A stretch of 64,000 nucleotides of DNA from a virus, in IMG/VR virus record IMGVR_UViG_3300010399_000032; one strand, 5' to 3'. Every line of letters starts with the position of its first letter. Within the stretch, counting starts at the first letter, position 1. Below the pieces are notes generated by a model. It worked only from the letters and a program-made list of their open reading frames with translations, made no database searches and was not told the origin of the DNA. Positions 18,026 through 28,362 of this stretch are shown piece by piece. A program made the translations under genes and the position numbers.

Positions 18026-19735
18026 TCAAAACTTGCCCACCACTTCGCTAAAGTCAACACCAGTACCAACAGCCACAAAGTTCAACTGGATAAAGTTGAT
18101 TGAACGGGCTGGCTTGATGTAAATGTCTCCAACAAACTGGTTAGAATCGATAACTTGTGGTGTGTTATTGGTTTCATCGCAAACCACTCGGAAATCAAAG
18201 ATACCACGACGGCCCTGGACGTCCCGGAGGAATGGTTCCACCAAAGAAACGAATTGAGCACGAGTGAAAGCATCGTTGAATTCGAATAGTGAGTACTTTG
18301 CCGCTCTTGAAATTGCCTTTTCCAGAACAATGAATAGACGACGAACATTAATACGGTCGAAAGCCGATGGCTTGGACTGTAGGGTCTTATCACCATATAG
18401 AATTGTTCCGTTACCTTGGAAGGTGACAACCGGGTTAACACCATTATTATAAAGAGTATCTCGGTCAGTTTTTGTTGGGTTCCAAGATAGTTTTGTTACA
18501 TTGAGAACACCACCGCGGTTGAAACCGGCTGGTGACCACCATGCATCACGCTGGTAATCAGTACGAACACAGAGACCTGCCATATCACCGTTAAGTGGGA
18601 CCCAACGGAAGACAGAGTTATACTTGTCATACATGTACTTCCATCCAGAATCCATAAAGGCATAAGATGAAGTTGTGTAGGTGTTTCGGTCAGCAACAAC
18701 AGAAGTTGCCTCGTTTCCTACATTATTGACAACCGATGCACGGAGAGGAGAAGCAAAGACCACACAGTCTCGACGGTTTCCAGCAATATTATCAATGACA
18801 TAGTTAACGGTATTAGCACCGAAATCTGAGGTCAAAACGAGTGAAACGTCCACGGTATCTGGGTTACGGAATAAATCATAACCCTGGTTAACGAGACCAG
18901 AAGATGACATATTGAAGGTACCATTGGTTAGGCTTGATGTATAAGCTACGTTATCACCAACACCATATACAACTGATCCTCCGGCCGATGCCGATCCCCA
19001 ATTTGCGGCATTCGCTAGCCCAATGCCTGTATCCGGATGTGACAACCACCAGATGTACTTTGATTTTTGGTTGATTTGGTTAACATAGTAATTTGAAGTA
19101 CCATCGTCATTAATTGCATCGGATGCCTTTGAAACGAAAGCAAACTTTTCTAGGACGGTATTGGCCGTCCCCGTGAATCGACCATCCTGGTCAACCACGA
19201 CAACATGCAATTCGTCATTTGAACCACCATTATTTGATACGTAAGTTGATGTGGTTGGAGGGCCCTGGAAATAGCTAGACCATGACCATGAAGTAAAGGC
19301 TGAGGTATTTGGACCAGGGAAAACTGAAACCTGCAAAGAGTTACCAATGTCTCCAGGCCATTTAGCTGCCCACATACCATGAGTATTAGCACCACCAGAA
19401 TAATTTTCATTATAGTCAATATTATTCTGGATGGTAGCACCGGCACCATTGGCCACGGCGTTTAACATTGTCGGAGTACCATTTGCTCGGACAATTTGCA
19501 AATTCTGCCCATATGCTAGGAAAGAAGCAGCCGTAAAGAAATCCACGAAATTGTTTTGGTTAGGTTCACCGTATTGGTTAACTAGATCAATTTCTGATGA
19601 AACCGTATGGATTTCATTGACAGGTCCCCAAACGAAATTACCCACCATACCGGCATTAGTGGTACCAACGGCTGGGACGATGGTGGTCAGATCAATTTCT
19701 GAGAAATTAACGCCCGGAGAAATTTGGAAAACCAT
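18026..19735 (-). CDS. 18: Tail sheath protein (gp18)
   Basis: SPGV..EIDLT, WWSPAGFNRG, AFDRINVRRLF and YIKPARSINFIQLNF motifs; CCTAAATA at 19773-19780. Confidence 0.98.
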   Translation of the reverse strand: MVFQISPGVNFSEIDLTTIVPAVGTTNAGMVGNFVWGPVNEIHTVSSEIDLVNQYGEPNQNNFVDFFTAASFLAYGQNLQIVRANGTPTMLNAVANGAGATIQNNIDYNENYSGGANTHGMWAAKWPGDIGNSLQVSVFPGPNTSAFTSWSWSSYFQGPPTTSTYVSNNGGSNDELHVVVVDQDGRFTGTANTVLEKFAFVSKASDAINDDGTSNYYVNQINQKSKYIWWLSHPDTGIGLANAANWGSASAGGSVVYGVGDNVAYTSSLTNGTFNMSSSGLVNQGYDLFRNPDTVDVSLVLTSDFGANTVNYVIDNIAGNRRDCVVFASPLRASVVNNVGNEATSVVADRNTYTTSSYAFMDSGWKYMYDKYNSVFRWVPLNGDMAGLCVRTDYQRDAWWSPAGFNRGGVLNVTKLSWNPTKTDRDTLYNNGVNPVVTFQGNGTILYGDKTLQSKPSAFDRINVRRLFIVLEKAISRAAKYSLFEFNDAFTRAQFVSLVEPFLRDVQGRRGIFDFRVVCDETNNTPQVIDSNQFVGDIYIKPARSINFIQLNFVAVGTGVDFSEVVGKF

Positions 19736-19793
19736 TATTAATACTCCTTTTTGTAATTGTATATACTGGTTTTATTTAGGATTTTGTGTTTTT

Positions 19794-21485
19794 TCAGAGG
19801 GTTGGACCCCAGTTGAAGTCATCGAATGGGTATCTCCGTTTAATGTCTTCTTTCCAGATATCTCCGTCAACATCCACTAAAAATTCGTCCTGGAGACCAT
19901 CATCAATGATACCGAAAGGTACAATATTGATATCTTCTATCCGGTATTGTTCATCTTGTAGAGCTTTTCGGATATCATTATTGACAGATTGTTTGAACAT
20001 TTTCTGTGCAGCCAACCATGCAAAGTTGACCAATGTCATGGCCAAGTCATCATGATTTCCTTCTTCCGCCGCGAAAGTTTGTTTGGTTTGGGTGAAGGTT
20101 TGTAGTTCGAGAATGGTATCCTCATCTTGGACAATCAATTTATCATTTTCAATCAAAGTTTTGAGGTTGGCGCAACCAATACGTTTGGTTTGGACGCTGG
20201 TTTTTAAACCATTTTGAATGGCTGTCTTAAAACCTGATGAAACTTCCTGACCATTACGCCCTCCTCGTTGAATCTTCAATAATCCAGCATACTCTAAATC
20301 GTTATGAAGGGTATCAGCAACTTGGAGACCTATGGTATTGATTTCAACTAATACAAAGGCTTCATTGTACATATTAGCATAGGCATAGATAACCGTTGGG
20401 AAAACCATGGTATTCATCTTATTGCTCTGGTACCTGGCCACTTGGACATAAGGAATTTTTGATACATCAAAGATAGAAAATGTTGAATAGTCTAATCCAA
20501 GCCCTTCGGATACGTCCACGATAATAGCATATACATGATCGGGTTCAGGTAGATTGAAAATGTGCATGGCTTTCTTACCATGTTCATCTTCATCCTCTCG
20601 GGTTTCTACTGGGGTGATGGCTCGCATTGAAATAAGCTTGGCCGCCGAAATAAGCGTATTTGTACTTCCAATGAATTCTGTATTGAACTCTTGTCGGAAC
20701 TGTTCTTCCGAGGTGTTTTCAATAGTTTCCTTCTTCCAGACCTCATCACGCCCAGGCACATCCCACCAATTAATTTCGATGGGAATATATGAGTTTTCTT
20801 TTTCAACGGCCTTTTTCCATATGGAGTGGAAAAGGTTAAGACCTAGTGGGGTAGAAACAATGATAACCTTGGTGTTTTTACCAGATGAAATTGTAGGATA
20901 AGTTGAATCAAAGAAAGCTTTAGCTATACCATTAGGAACGTGAGCAAACTCGTCAAGGAATAGAATATTGAAGGTTTTACCACGGACAGAAGCACCTGAG
21001 GTTGCATCTGCAATTGCAAGTGAACCATTTGAGAATTGAATAGATCCTTTATTCCATTCCACCACACCTTGCTGTAGGAACCTAGGAAGATATTCAAAAG
21101 CAAGTTGCAATCTTGACATGATTTCTCGGGCTGTGCTGGCCTTATTAGCCAAAATAGCAACTCGCCCAAATTCATTAAATAGTAAAAAGTGTAGAAGATA
21201 TGCCACGGCTGTAGTTGTCTTACCAACCTGTCTAGGCAATTTACATATCGTGAAACGGTTATTATGGAAGGTATTGATCATGTTCTCCTGGAATGGATAC
21301 ATGTCAAAATTGGTTAGACCATTATCCAATGTAACGATCTTAATGTAATTCCTAGAAAAATAAACAGGATCATCCATACACTTTTTATATTCATCTAACT
21401 CCTGTTGAGTGTATTGATGAATGTAACCTTCTTTAGGTAAGTTCGGATTGGCGTGATATCCACCGTTATTGGGATTGGTTGCCAT
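19794..21485 (-). CDS. 17: Terminase large subunit (gp17)
   Basis: PRQVGKTT, FLDEFAHV, VSTPLG, DVSEGLGLDYS and HDDLAM motifs. Confidence 0.98.
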   Translation of the reverse strand: MATNPNNGGYHANPNLPKEGYIHQYTQQELDEYKKCMDDPVYFSRNYIKIVTLDNGLTNFDMYPFQENMINTFHNNRFTICKLPRQVGKTTTAVAYLLHFLLFNEFGRVAILANKASTAREIMSRLQLAFEYLPRFLQQGVVEWNKGSIQFSNGSLAIADATSGASVRGKTFNILFLDEFAHVPNGIAKAFFDSTYPTISSGKNTKVIIVSTPLGLNLFHSIWKKAVEKENSYIPIEINWWDVPGRDEVWKKETIENTSEEQFRQEFNTEFIGSTNTLISAAKLISMRAITPVETREDEDEHGKKAMHIFNLPEPDHVYAIIVDVSEGLGLDYSTFSIFDVSKIPYVQVARYQSNKMNTMVFPTVIYAYANMYNEAFVLVEINTIGLQVADTLHNDLEYAGLLKIQRGGRNGQEVSSGFKTAIQNGLKTSVQTKRIGCANLKTLIENDKLIVQDEDTILELQTFTQTKQTFAAEEGNHDDLAMTLVNFAWLAAQKMFKQSVNNDIRKALQDEQYRIEDINIVPFGIIDDGLQDEFLVDVDGDIWKEDIKRRYPFDDFNWGPTL

Positions 21486-21918
21486 TGTCTTTCAATTGTT
21501 TTAGAAGTTCTGATGGAGTACCAACAAACACCGCCTTTTCAACGTTGATTGGAGTTTGACCTTGGGTTTGTGGTTCTGCGAGGGCTTTGGTTTCTCCTTG
21601 CAATCCATACAAATCTTTTGTGGTTTCTGCTATGGTTTTCATCATTGTAGCCAGAACCTCATAGGCTCTTGGTGATTCTAGGTCTTTTGCTAGTTGTGAG
21701 ATATTATCAATAGCCGTTGACCCTTTAGTAATAATTGTTCTGAGGGTATTTCGGCTAAGTTTATAATCAGCATCCTGATCTTCATTGATTACCAAAGGGG
21801 CATGAGTAGCCACCACAGGAAGTTCCGGTGGGACAGTAATAACCGCGACTGGTTTGGTATTTTCTTTAGGTACCTCGGTATATTCAATATCAAGGGCATC
21901 TGCTATGGTTTCTGACAT
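21466..21918 (-). CDS. 16: Terminase small subunit (gp16)
   Basis: DYKLSR, ESPRAYEV and FVGTPSELLK motifs. Confidence 0.92.
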   Translation of the reverse strand: MSETIADALDIEYTEVPKENTKPVAVITVPPELPVVATHAPLVINEDQDADYKLSRNTLRTIITKGSTAIDNISQLAKDLESPRAYEVLATMMKTIAETTKDLYGLQGETKALAEPQTQGQTPINVEKAVFVGTPSELLKQLKDNGNQSQ

Positions 21919-22919
21919 TAGGTATTAGGCCATTCTGTTATCGTTGTAGTATATCCATAATTTGAATTTGGTAGAGCCGTGATTGGATTAGGAACAATGT
22001 CAATATTGACCAATTTGAGAGGATTGGCATCGAAACTCAACAATTCATATGCAGCATTGGTTGAAACTGCTTGGATCAGATCATTTGCTTTGAAAGTGCC
22101 CTGGACACCTCCTAATTGTAATTGCCCAGTTCCTCGTATCCATGATAGAACTTGCCCATATGCCGTTGCATTGTTATATTGGCTACCCACATAAACAATA
22201 TCCCCAACCTTGTAATCCCCATTATTTCCTGCATAGGTATTAATGCGAGTGATATAACCAGATTCAATGGATGGATCATTATAAATGTTTGTGATAACCT
22301 CGCGAATGATCTTAGGTGTTTGAATTGGTCCCCAATAATCAACCTGCATATTGAAATTGAATGTCCAATAGACTATTCGGATAGATTCATTATCACCTTC
22401 ATATTGAACCTGGTAATCAACCGATTCAAGCGTTACAGGTATATCCTTCTTGATACCAACCGTGGCATTAATTTCTGCATATGGTGTATGGGTCGGATTA
22501 AAGAAGGGTAAAATCTGTTCGATGATTTGATAACCATCATCAATATTACGTGCATAGACAGCAAGCTCAAATGTTAAATCCCATGGAACACCTTGATATT
22601 GTGTTACCAGCCCAGTTGAGGTATTTGCCTTACCTATTTTAAGTAATTGATTTTGTTTACGAATAGGAGCCGGGCTCATTCCGACTAGATTATATGATAA
22701 TCTAGGAAAAGTCAGGGATGTTTCCTTCTGAAAATTAGGGTCTTCTAAGGAACGAGTAACATACTTTTCCTTAGGTGCATAGACGATAGGCACGATATAT
22801 CGTTCAAGTTCCGTCGAATCGGGCTTGGTACGAACAAGAGTTATGTTATTGAAAATGTTACCAAAAAGTACCGTATATTTACGGGTCAACTGATTATAAA
22901 AAGGTCTATTGGTGAGCAT
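21918..22919 (-). CDS. 15: Tail sheath stabiliser / terminator (gp15)
   Basis: FGNIFNNI, VPIVYAPKEK and QIIEQILPFFNP motifs. Confidence 0.93.
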   Translation of the reverse strand: MLTNRPFYNQLTRKYTVLFGNIFNNITLVRTKPDSTELERYIVPIVYAPKEKYVTRSLEDPNFQKETSLTFPRLSYNLVGMSPAPIRKQNQLLKIGKANTSTGLVTQYQGVPWDLTFELAVYARNIDDGYQIIEQILPFFNPTHTPYAEINATVGIKKDIPVTLESVDYQVQYEGDNESIRIVYWTFNFNMQVDYWGPIQTPKIIREVITNIYNDPSIESGYITRINTYAGNNGDYKVGDIVYVGSQYNNATAYGQVLSWIRGTGQLQLGGVQGTFKANDLIQAVSTNAAYELLSFDANPLKLVNIDIVPNPITALPNSNYGYTTTITEWPNT

Positions 22920-23791
22920 TATGGTTCTCCAAAGACATTAGGATCAGAAGTGATATCAATAAAGGTATTTGCTTCTGTTTCCACAACACGGTTATCGTAT
23001 ATATCATATGGTGCCAGAGATTCGAGAGTTTCTTCTGTGGTGGCCACATAAGATGTATTTGAGGTTACACCAACCACAGCAACATTAGTCGTTATATCAC
23101 CTTGAACATTTTGCACCTTAAGAATCTTTTGGACTGGGTTCCAGTCAACAGATAAAGCGGAAAAAGTTGGATTTGTTTGGGTACCTTGATAAACATTTTC
23201 ACCTATGTTGTAATTACCTGAACCTGTACCGAGATAAATTTCGGCTGTATAGGCATTATTGGTTTGAACCGCATCCACTTCTTCGATTCCTGTGTCGATA
23301 TTTTCATTGCTATAACGGAAGGTTTCACATTGACATTCATAGATATAGGCATTGAACTTACCCAAGGTATAGAACATGCGTTTTTCTTCCACAAATTTGA
23401 TTTCAAACATCTTTTTCATGGAATTGACATAGATCAAGTCACCTTCCCTTGGGCGGGTTCTGACCTTGGCTGGGACATATCTCTGAAAGGTTGGAGTGGC
23501 TACCGTTAAGATGGCATTATCACGCATTTCCATACCAAATTTGGAGAAGAATTCACCATCACCACCAAATTGAGTAACAGTTCCTATATACATTTCAAGC
23601 GTATAAGCCTTATCGAATTTCGATAAAGTATCTTCACCAAATAAACGGTCGATATTACCATAAGATTCACGGGGAATATATTGGACATCCGCACCATTAA
23701 TACGAATAGCCTCAGCAGCTATGTCCTGAAAGAGCCGCTGTTCGGAGGTAGTAGCTGGATTTACGTTGCGGAAATAATTTGATACGCCCAT
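22919..23791 (-). CDS. 14: Neck protein (gp14)
   Basis: LFGED, FSKFGM, RPREGDLIY and FEIKFVE motifs. Confidence 0.93.
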   Translation of the reverse strand: MGVSNYFRNVNPATTSEQRLFQDIAAEAIRINGADVQYIPRESYGNIDRLFGEDTLSKFDKAYTLEMYIGTVTQFGGDGEFFSKFGMEMRDNAILTVATPTFQRYVPAKVRTRPREGDLIYVNSMKKMFEIKFVEEKRMFYTLGKFNAYIYECQCETFRYSNENIDTGIEEVDAVQTNNAYTAEIYLGTGSGNYNIGENVYQGTQTNPTFSALSVDWNPVQKILKVQNVQGDITTNVAVVGVTSNTSYVATTEETLESLAPYDIYDNRVVETEANTFIDITSDPNVFGEP

Positions 23792-24535
23792 TTAGCCTAC
23801 AAGGAATTGTGGTGGTTCTTGGAAGGAAGATCGAATGTCATCTTCAATTTCCTTAATCTCATCAATGGCTTCATTATAAATTTGTTGCCCATTCATGGAT
23901 ACTCCACCTGGAAGGACCATTCCCTCGAACTTTTTCATGTTGGTGCCCCATTGCTTCTTAATATAAGCAGTGGCCAATCTTTTGAGCATTCGGTCGTTAT
24001 AAACCGAGGTATATGTATCTGCATTAATTTCTGAGAAACCTTCAATAACGATCCAGGTTCCGGCCGGTACTCTGGTAGCCCATTCCCAGTCAATATAAAG
24101 AATATGAGTGTGCTTATTGAAGCGAATAGGAACGTCACCGATGAATAACATATCTAACGTAGCCAAGTGCTGCATAATGATTTCATATCCAACATAGGAA
24201 GTAGATGTGAAGGTTGGAAGGTCATTAAGTCGAATTTGATAATTGATATCGAACATATTTCCGATATTATTATTCTGGGATTGTCGGAAAATACGGGTCA
24301 CCCCAATGTAATCTCCCGGGATAGTTATATATTTGTTAGTAATATCAACGGCTTGGACCTGATACGGAATATAATTCCTTTCGGTTCCTTCAAAATTAAA
24401 TTCACGGAAAAACTGAAAAGCCTGGTCTATTTGATCATCGACCTGATCATCATCTACGTTGATTTCAACAACTGGGAAACCTAGTTGTCTAAGGCACCAA
24501 TTCTTTAAATCACTTCTACTTGCTGGTGTTGACAT
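23792..24535 (-). CDS. 13: Neck protein (gp13)
   Basis: CLRQLGFPVVEINVDDDQ and KKQWGTNMKKF..LPGGV motifs. Confidence 0.95.
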   Translation of the reverse strand: MSTPASRSDLKNWCLRQLGFPVVEINVDDDQVDDQIDQAFQFFREFNFEGTERNYIPYQVQAVDITNKYITIPGDYIGVTRIFRQSQNNNIGNMFDINYQIRLNDLPTFTSTSYVGYEIIMQHLATLDMLFIGDVPIRFNKHTHILYIDWEWATRVPAGTWIVIEGFSEINADTYTSVYNDRMLKRLATAYIKKQWGTNMKKFEGMVLPGGVSMNGQQIYNEAIDEIKEIEDDIRSSFQEPPQFLVG

Positions 24536-24959
24536 TTTGCTTCCTGGTTAAAAATTTCTCGAAACTTATTGCATCTGATTTTCCAATCTGGAAGGTCCGA
24601 ATAAACATAAAGAATGTCAGAGATATAAAGAAATTAACATTCAGAACTCGGCACGCTTCATAAAAAATACCATCAAAGATTAATTTGTTGACGGTGGGGT
24701 ATGTTTCATATAGATAATCATGTATAACGGCCGCTTTCGCCCATGGACCATCCGGTCGGAAAATATAATTGAATGGTTTAGGAATAGATGCAAAATCTGT
24801 TATAAACCCCACTGGTACTGTAACTACATCAAACGGTGAATCTAGGTCTCCAATATTATACGTAAAACTTTCGGTCACCCTATAGAGTGGTAGATTAAAT
24901 CCGCTGCCGGATGTTTTTCCTGTGGGTTCATAGGCCAAGGGGGTCGTAAAACTCGACAT
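24516..24959 (-). CDS. DUF1353-like protein; start probably ATG 24959
   Basis: VTVPVGFITDFASIP...AAVIHDYLY...D.IF.EA signature. Confidence 0.8.
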   Translation of the reverse strand: MSSFTTPLAYEPTGKTSGSGFNLPLYRVTESFTYNIGDLDSPFDVVTVPVGFITDFASIPKPFNYIFRPDGPWAKAAVIHDYLYETYPTVNKLIFDGIFYEACRVLNVNFFISLTFFMFIRTFQIGKSDAISFEKFLTRKQNVNTSK

Positions 24960-25435
24960 TATTTGTAATCCTTGGCGGTCATCCACATATTGGCCAAATT
25001 CTCCGTAGGAATATTTAGCATACTCATGAGTAATTGTGTCTCAGGATGCTCCCAATGTATGACTGTGGAATAATTCCACCATACCGTAGCTTCCTGTTGG
25101 AGTTCCGCACTAGGTAATTTGCTGATAACATTAGCTACATCTGTCATAGCCACATTGTTTCGGACTAATCCTAGACGTAATTGACTAGGAGTAAGAGGAA
25201 AATCTGCCGGACCTAAAGTCTTATATGTCCAAATTTTCTGAGCTATTCCATTAGCCGAATCAATATTATATGAAAATGTATCGATCACCTGGTTTGAATT
25301 GATGGTTGGCCGAATCTCCTGGAGAGGCATGGTGGTTCCATCAGGAACATTAATGGTTACACTACCAAGGTCCTCATCCCCGATAATTACTCCGGAGGTA
25401 TTCAATATAGCGATTTTTCCAGTAATTTTGGCCAT
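24959..25435 (-). CDS. Putative tail-fibre assembly/accessory protein
   Basis: LTPSQLRLGL...WW.YST.I...HP C-terminal pattern typical of fibre chaperone-like genes. Confidence 0.55.
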   Translation of the reverse strand: MAKITGKIAILNTSGVIIGDEDLGSVTINVPDGTTMPLQEIRPTINSNQVIDTFSYNIDSANGIAQKIWTYKTLGPADFPLTPSQLRLGLVRNNVAMTDVANVISKLPSAELQQEATVWWNYSTVIHWEHPETQLLMSMLNIPTENLANMWMTAKDYK

Positions 25436-25869
25436 TATTGTTTTCCGTAAATTGTTTTGATGGCTTTCATGGTATTAGCCATAGAGATAAATTCATTCGA
25501 ATTTACCCCTTTAAAGATGGCATCTAATTGATCAGCTATGGATGGATACGTCTTTAATCGTTTGATATAATAATCTTCATCATCCGGGCGAACAATATCA
25601 TTCTTAGTTAATGTGTGTGTGGTATTTGATCCATCGAACCTGGTAATAACTTGAATAGGATTAGTATTTGCCCAGATAGCTTCTTTTGCATCAATTTGAG
25701 CTTGGATGTTATCGGATCGACTGTTTATGTAGGTCATTAAATCCACATTAGGTGGAACAAAGACTTTCCATGGATATGTGTTTGCATTATATGTTATATC
25801 AACATATGCAAGGGTTCTAATCCCATCAGGTGATCCTGTGATACCGGTTAGATTAATTGTAATAGCCAT
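25435..25869 (-). CDS. Putative fibre-associated protein
   Basis: C-terminal R...YPSIADQLDAIF...IK..Y motif common in phage fibre accessory genes. Confidence 0.55.
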   Translation of the reverse strand: MAITINLTGITGSPDGIRTLAYVDITYNANTYPWKVFVPPNVDLMTYINSRSDNIQAQIDAKEAIWANTNPIQVITRFDGSNTTHTLTKNDIVRPDDEDYYIKRLKTYPSIADQLDAIFKGVNSNEFISMANTMKAIKTIYGKQ

Positions 25870-27224
25870 TAATCTTGTTCCTTATTTGGTTTAATTGCTA
25901 CTAATCTGAAATTGATGCCTGGATGTATACCATGTGGTTTTTCAGTAACAACCTTGAACCCCTCCTCCTCCAGATGCTTACCGAGTGTTTCGGCCGACCA
26001 GCCCCATAGGTGAGCCGAATAAGTTCCCTCCTTAAGTGTTTCAGGAGTAACATTATTGGCCGAGATACCATAGATTGCTGTTAGATATGTTCCTGGATCA
26101 TCATCGATGTGTCGGGCCATTTCTAGTACATCCGGGCATTCAATAATAAGTTTTCCTCCTGGTTTCAAGGCTTTGAACCAACTTTTTGTAACATCCAGAA
26201 CCTGGAGGTTGAGTAAATGTTCCAAGATATGTGATGCTAGGATTTCATCTACTGAATTTTCAGGAAGTTTTATTGTTGTGATATCTTCATGGAAATCAGC
26301 TTCGGGTGATGTTTTATCTATTGCAAAATACCCTTCAAGTTTGTCCCTTCCACTACCCATGTTGAGTTTAACCGGGAGACCCTTGCTGTTATTTTCTTGA
26401 ATTTTTCCTGATAAACTATATGATCCTTCAGGAACTCTACTCAACCAACGCTCATCCATAAATTTCTTGTCTTTAAGGGTCATGCGGGTTGTTGGTTTGA
26501 TATTGGTGTAATAATCGTTAAGGTCCACTCCTTCCCATGCCGTGTATTTTCCTGTGGCGAGGTCCATATGGAGACATTGAACGGAGGTATCAACTAGAAG
26601 TTTTATTCCATGTTTGTGAATACGATGAACAAAAAAATTATCTTCTCCCACGAAAGGAAAACCATGCTGTTCACTAGCCACACATGCCCAAGGAATATCT
26701 GGTTCTTGCTCTTGTATTTCGCGTAATAAATCCAATGGAATTAACATGCAATCCATACCAGTTTGCCAGGCTTCAATGATTTTCCTTGGTTCTGGAGAAA
26801 TATCAGGAATTTTGATGATATTGTTTTCTCGCACCATGATCATGGCATTAGACATTTTCATATAATAAACACCAGTCACGATTGACCTGGGATTAGCTTC
26901 TGCCGTTTGGCGTAACTTGTCAAAGGCGTCCCAAGGAACAACCGTATCTTCCCCAATAAAAAACATATATTTGGCTTCGGGAACAGACAAGCAAGCATCA
27001 ATTAGATAGTTTCGTGCCACATCTACTTTTTCCCCACCAATATCAACGTAACCATGGGAATATCCCATCAAATCTACATGAGTCAACCCATGCCCTTTAA
27101 AGGATTGGGCTGGAATTTCTGCCAAATTTCTCCTAGGTTGAGCAATAATGACATATGGTGCAATAGTTTCTGATTCGGCTTTAATTTCTCTTAAGGTATC
27201 GAAAATTTTCTCTTTAGAATACAT
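25869..27224 (-). CDS. Glycosyltransferase (GT-A-like) fused to a class I SAM methyltransferase
   Basis: N-half VDVARNYLI...FFIGEDTVVP, GMDCMLI, GEDNFF, VDTSVQCLH; C-half LNMGSG, VDEILASHILEHL, LKPGGKLIIECPD. Confidence 0.8.
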   Translation of the reverse strand: MYSKEKIFDTLREIKAESETIAPYVIIAQPRRNLAEIPAQSFKGHGLTHVDLMGYSHGYVDIGGEKVDVARNYLIDACLSVPEAKYMFFIGEDTVVPWDAFDKLRQTAEANPRSIVTGVYYMKMSNAMIMVRENNIIKIPDISPEPRKIIEAWQTGMDCMLIPLDLLREIQEQEPDIPWACVASEQHGFPFVGEDNFFVHRIHKHGIKLLVDTSVQCLHMDLATGKYTAWEGVDLNDYYTNIKPTTRMTLKDKKFMDERWLSRVPEGSYSLSGKIQENNSKGLPVKLNMGSGRDKLEGYFAIDKTSPEADFHEDITTIKLPENSVDEILASHILEHLLNLQVLDVTKSWFKALKPGGKLIIECPDVLEMARHIDDDPGTYLTAIYGISANNVTPETLKEGTYSAHLWGWSAETLGKHLEEEGFKVVTEKPHGIHPGINFRLVAIKPNKEQD

Positions 27225-27231
27225 GATGTTC

Positions 27232-28362
27232 TCACAGTTTATTGAAAAATGGATGTAGTGCGACCATATTTAGGTTCATACCAGAATATGTAGTAATTTT
27301 TTGACCCACCGATGCAGACAGCGGAACAAAATGAATATCTCCATTTGGAGCTAGAATCCCGCCTGCGTAAGCACTAGACGCAGTATAAATCAGAGAATAA
27401 GTGGATACAATTCCGGTCGCCGAAATTTTTTGTCCTCTATTTCCTGATAATTTGACGAAGTGGATGTCACCATTCGGAGATAGGACTCCTCCTAGATACG
27501 CATTAGACGCAGTGTAAACCAGCGAGTATGTAGAGACGACTCCGGCAACCGAGATCTTCTGTCCTACAGTCGCGGTTCTGGGAACAAAATGAATATCTCC
27601 ATTTGGAGCTAGAACTCCACCACCATATTCAACAGCAGCATTTGTATAGATCAATGAATAGGTTGAGACTACACCCGCAGAGGATATTTTTTGCCCAACG
27701 ATTGCTGCCAAAGGTACAAAATGGATATCCCCATTTGGAGCTAGAACTCCACCTTGATATGCATTAAATGTAGTGTAAACCAGAGAATATGTGGATACCA
27801 CACCGGAGGATGAGATTTTTTGTCCAACATTGGCTTGAGAGGGAACAAAATGAATATCTCCATTTGGAGATAGGACTCCTCCAGAATATCCACCAATAAC
27901 AGTATAAACCAATGAGTATGTCGAAACAACTCCCGAAGAAGAAATTTTTTGACCTACAGCACCGTAAGGCACAAAGTGGATATCACCATTTGGAGCTAGA
28001 ACTCCACCGGATGATGCACCCAAAGAGCTTGTATAGATCAGGGAATAGGTGAACGCCACCCCTGAAGCTGATATTTTTTGGCCAACAGTAGTTTGATATG
28101 GAACAAAATGGATATCACCATTTGGAGCTAGAACTCCACCTTGATATGCATTAGATGTTGTGTAGACCAAAGAATATGTAGAAACTACCGTCTTATTGAA
28201 AAGTTGCCCCGCTGCTTGTGTTTCTGCTAAGAGGTTTTTGAAATTATTCCAGGCCGATAGGGTTGTATCCAAAGTACTAGAATCTGCCGTTGGAATTACC
28301 CATTGGAGGGTGTTGGCTACTTCTGTCTTGAAATGTGGATTTATTTTGTTCGTATTTGTCAT
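27232..28362 (-). CDS. Repeat protein C, 7 x ~43-aa units (putative beta-propeller)
   Basis: Seven STYSLxYT..GGVLAPNGDIHFVP..VGQKI units; ends PFFNKL. Confidence 0.8.
   Translation of the reverse strand: MTNTNKINPHFKTEVANTLQWVIPTADSSTLDTTLSAWNNFKNLLAETQAAGQLFNKTVVSTYSLVYTTSNAYQGGVLAPNGDIHFVPYQTTVGQKISASGVAFTYSLIYTSSLGASSGGVLAPNGDIHFVPYGAVGQKISSSGVVSTYSLVYTVIGGYSGGVLSPNGDIHFVPSQANVGQKISSSGVVSTYSLVYTTFNAYQGGVLAPNGDIHFVPLAAIVGQKISSAGVVSTYSLIYTNAAVEYGGGVLAPNGDIHFVPRTATVGQKISVAGVVSTYSLVYTASNAYLGGVLSPNGDIHFVKLSGNRGQKISATGIVSTYSLIYTASSAYAGGILAPNGDIHFVPLSASVGQKITTYSGMNLNMVALHPFFNKL

Noticed and set aside
433-21485. Inteins or group I introns in gp46, UvsW, gp23, gp20, gp17
   Set aside because: Protein lengths are normal, motifs are contiguous, and no intein splice motifs were seen.
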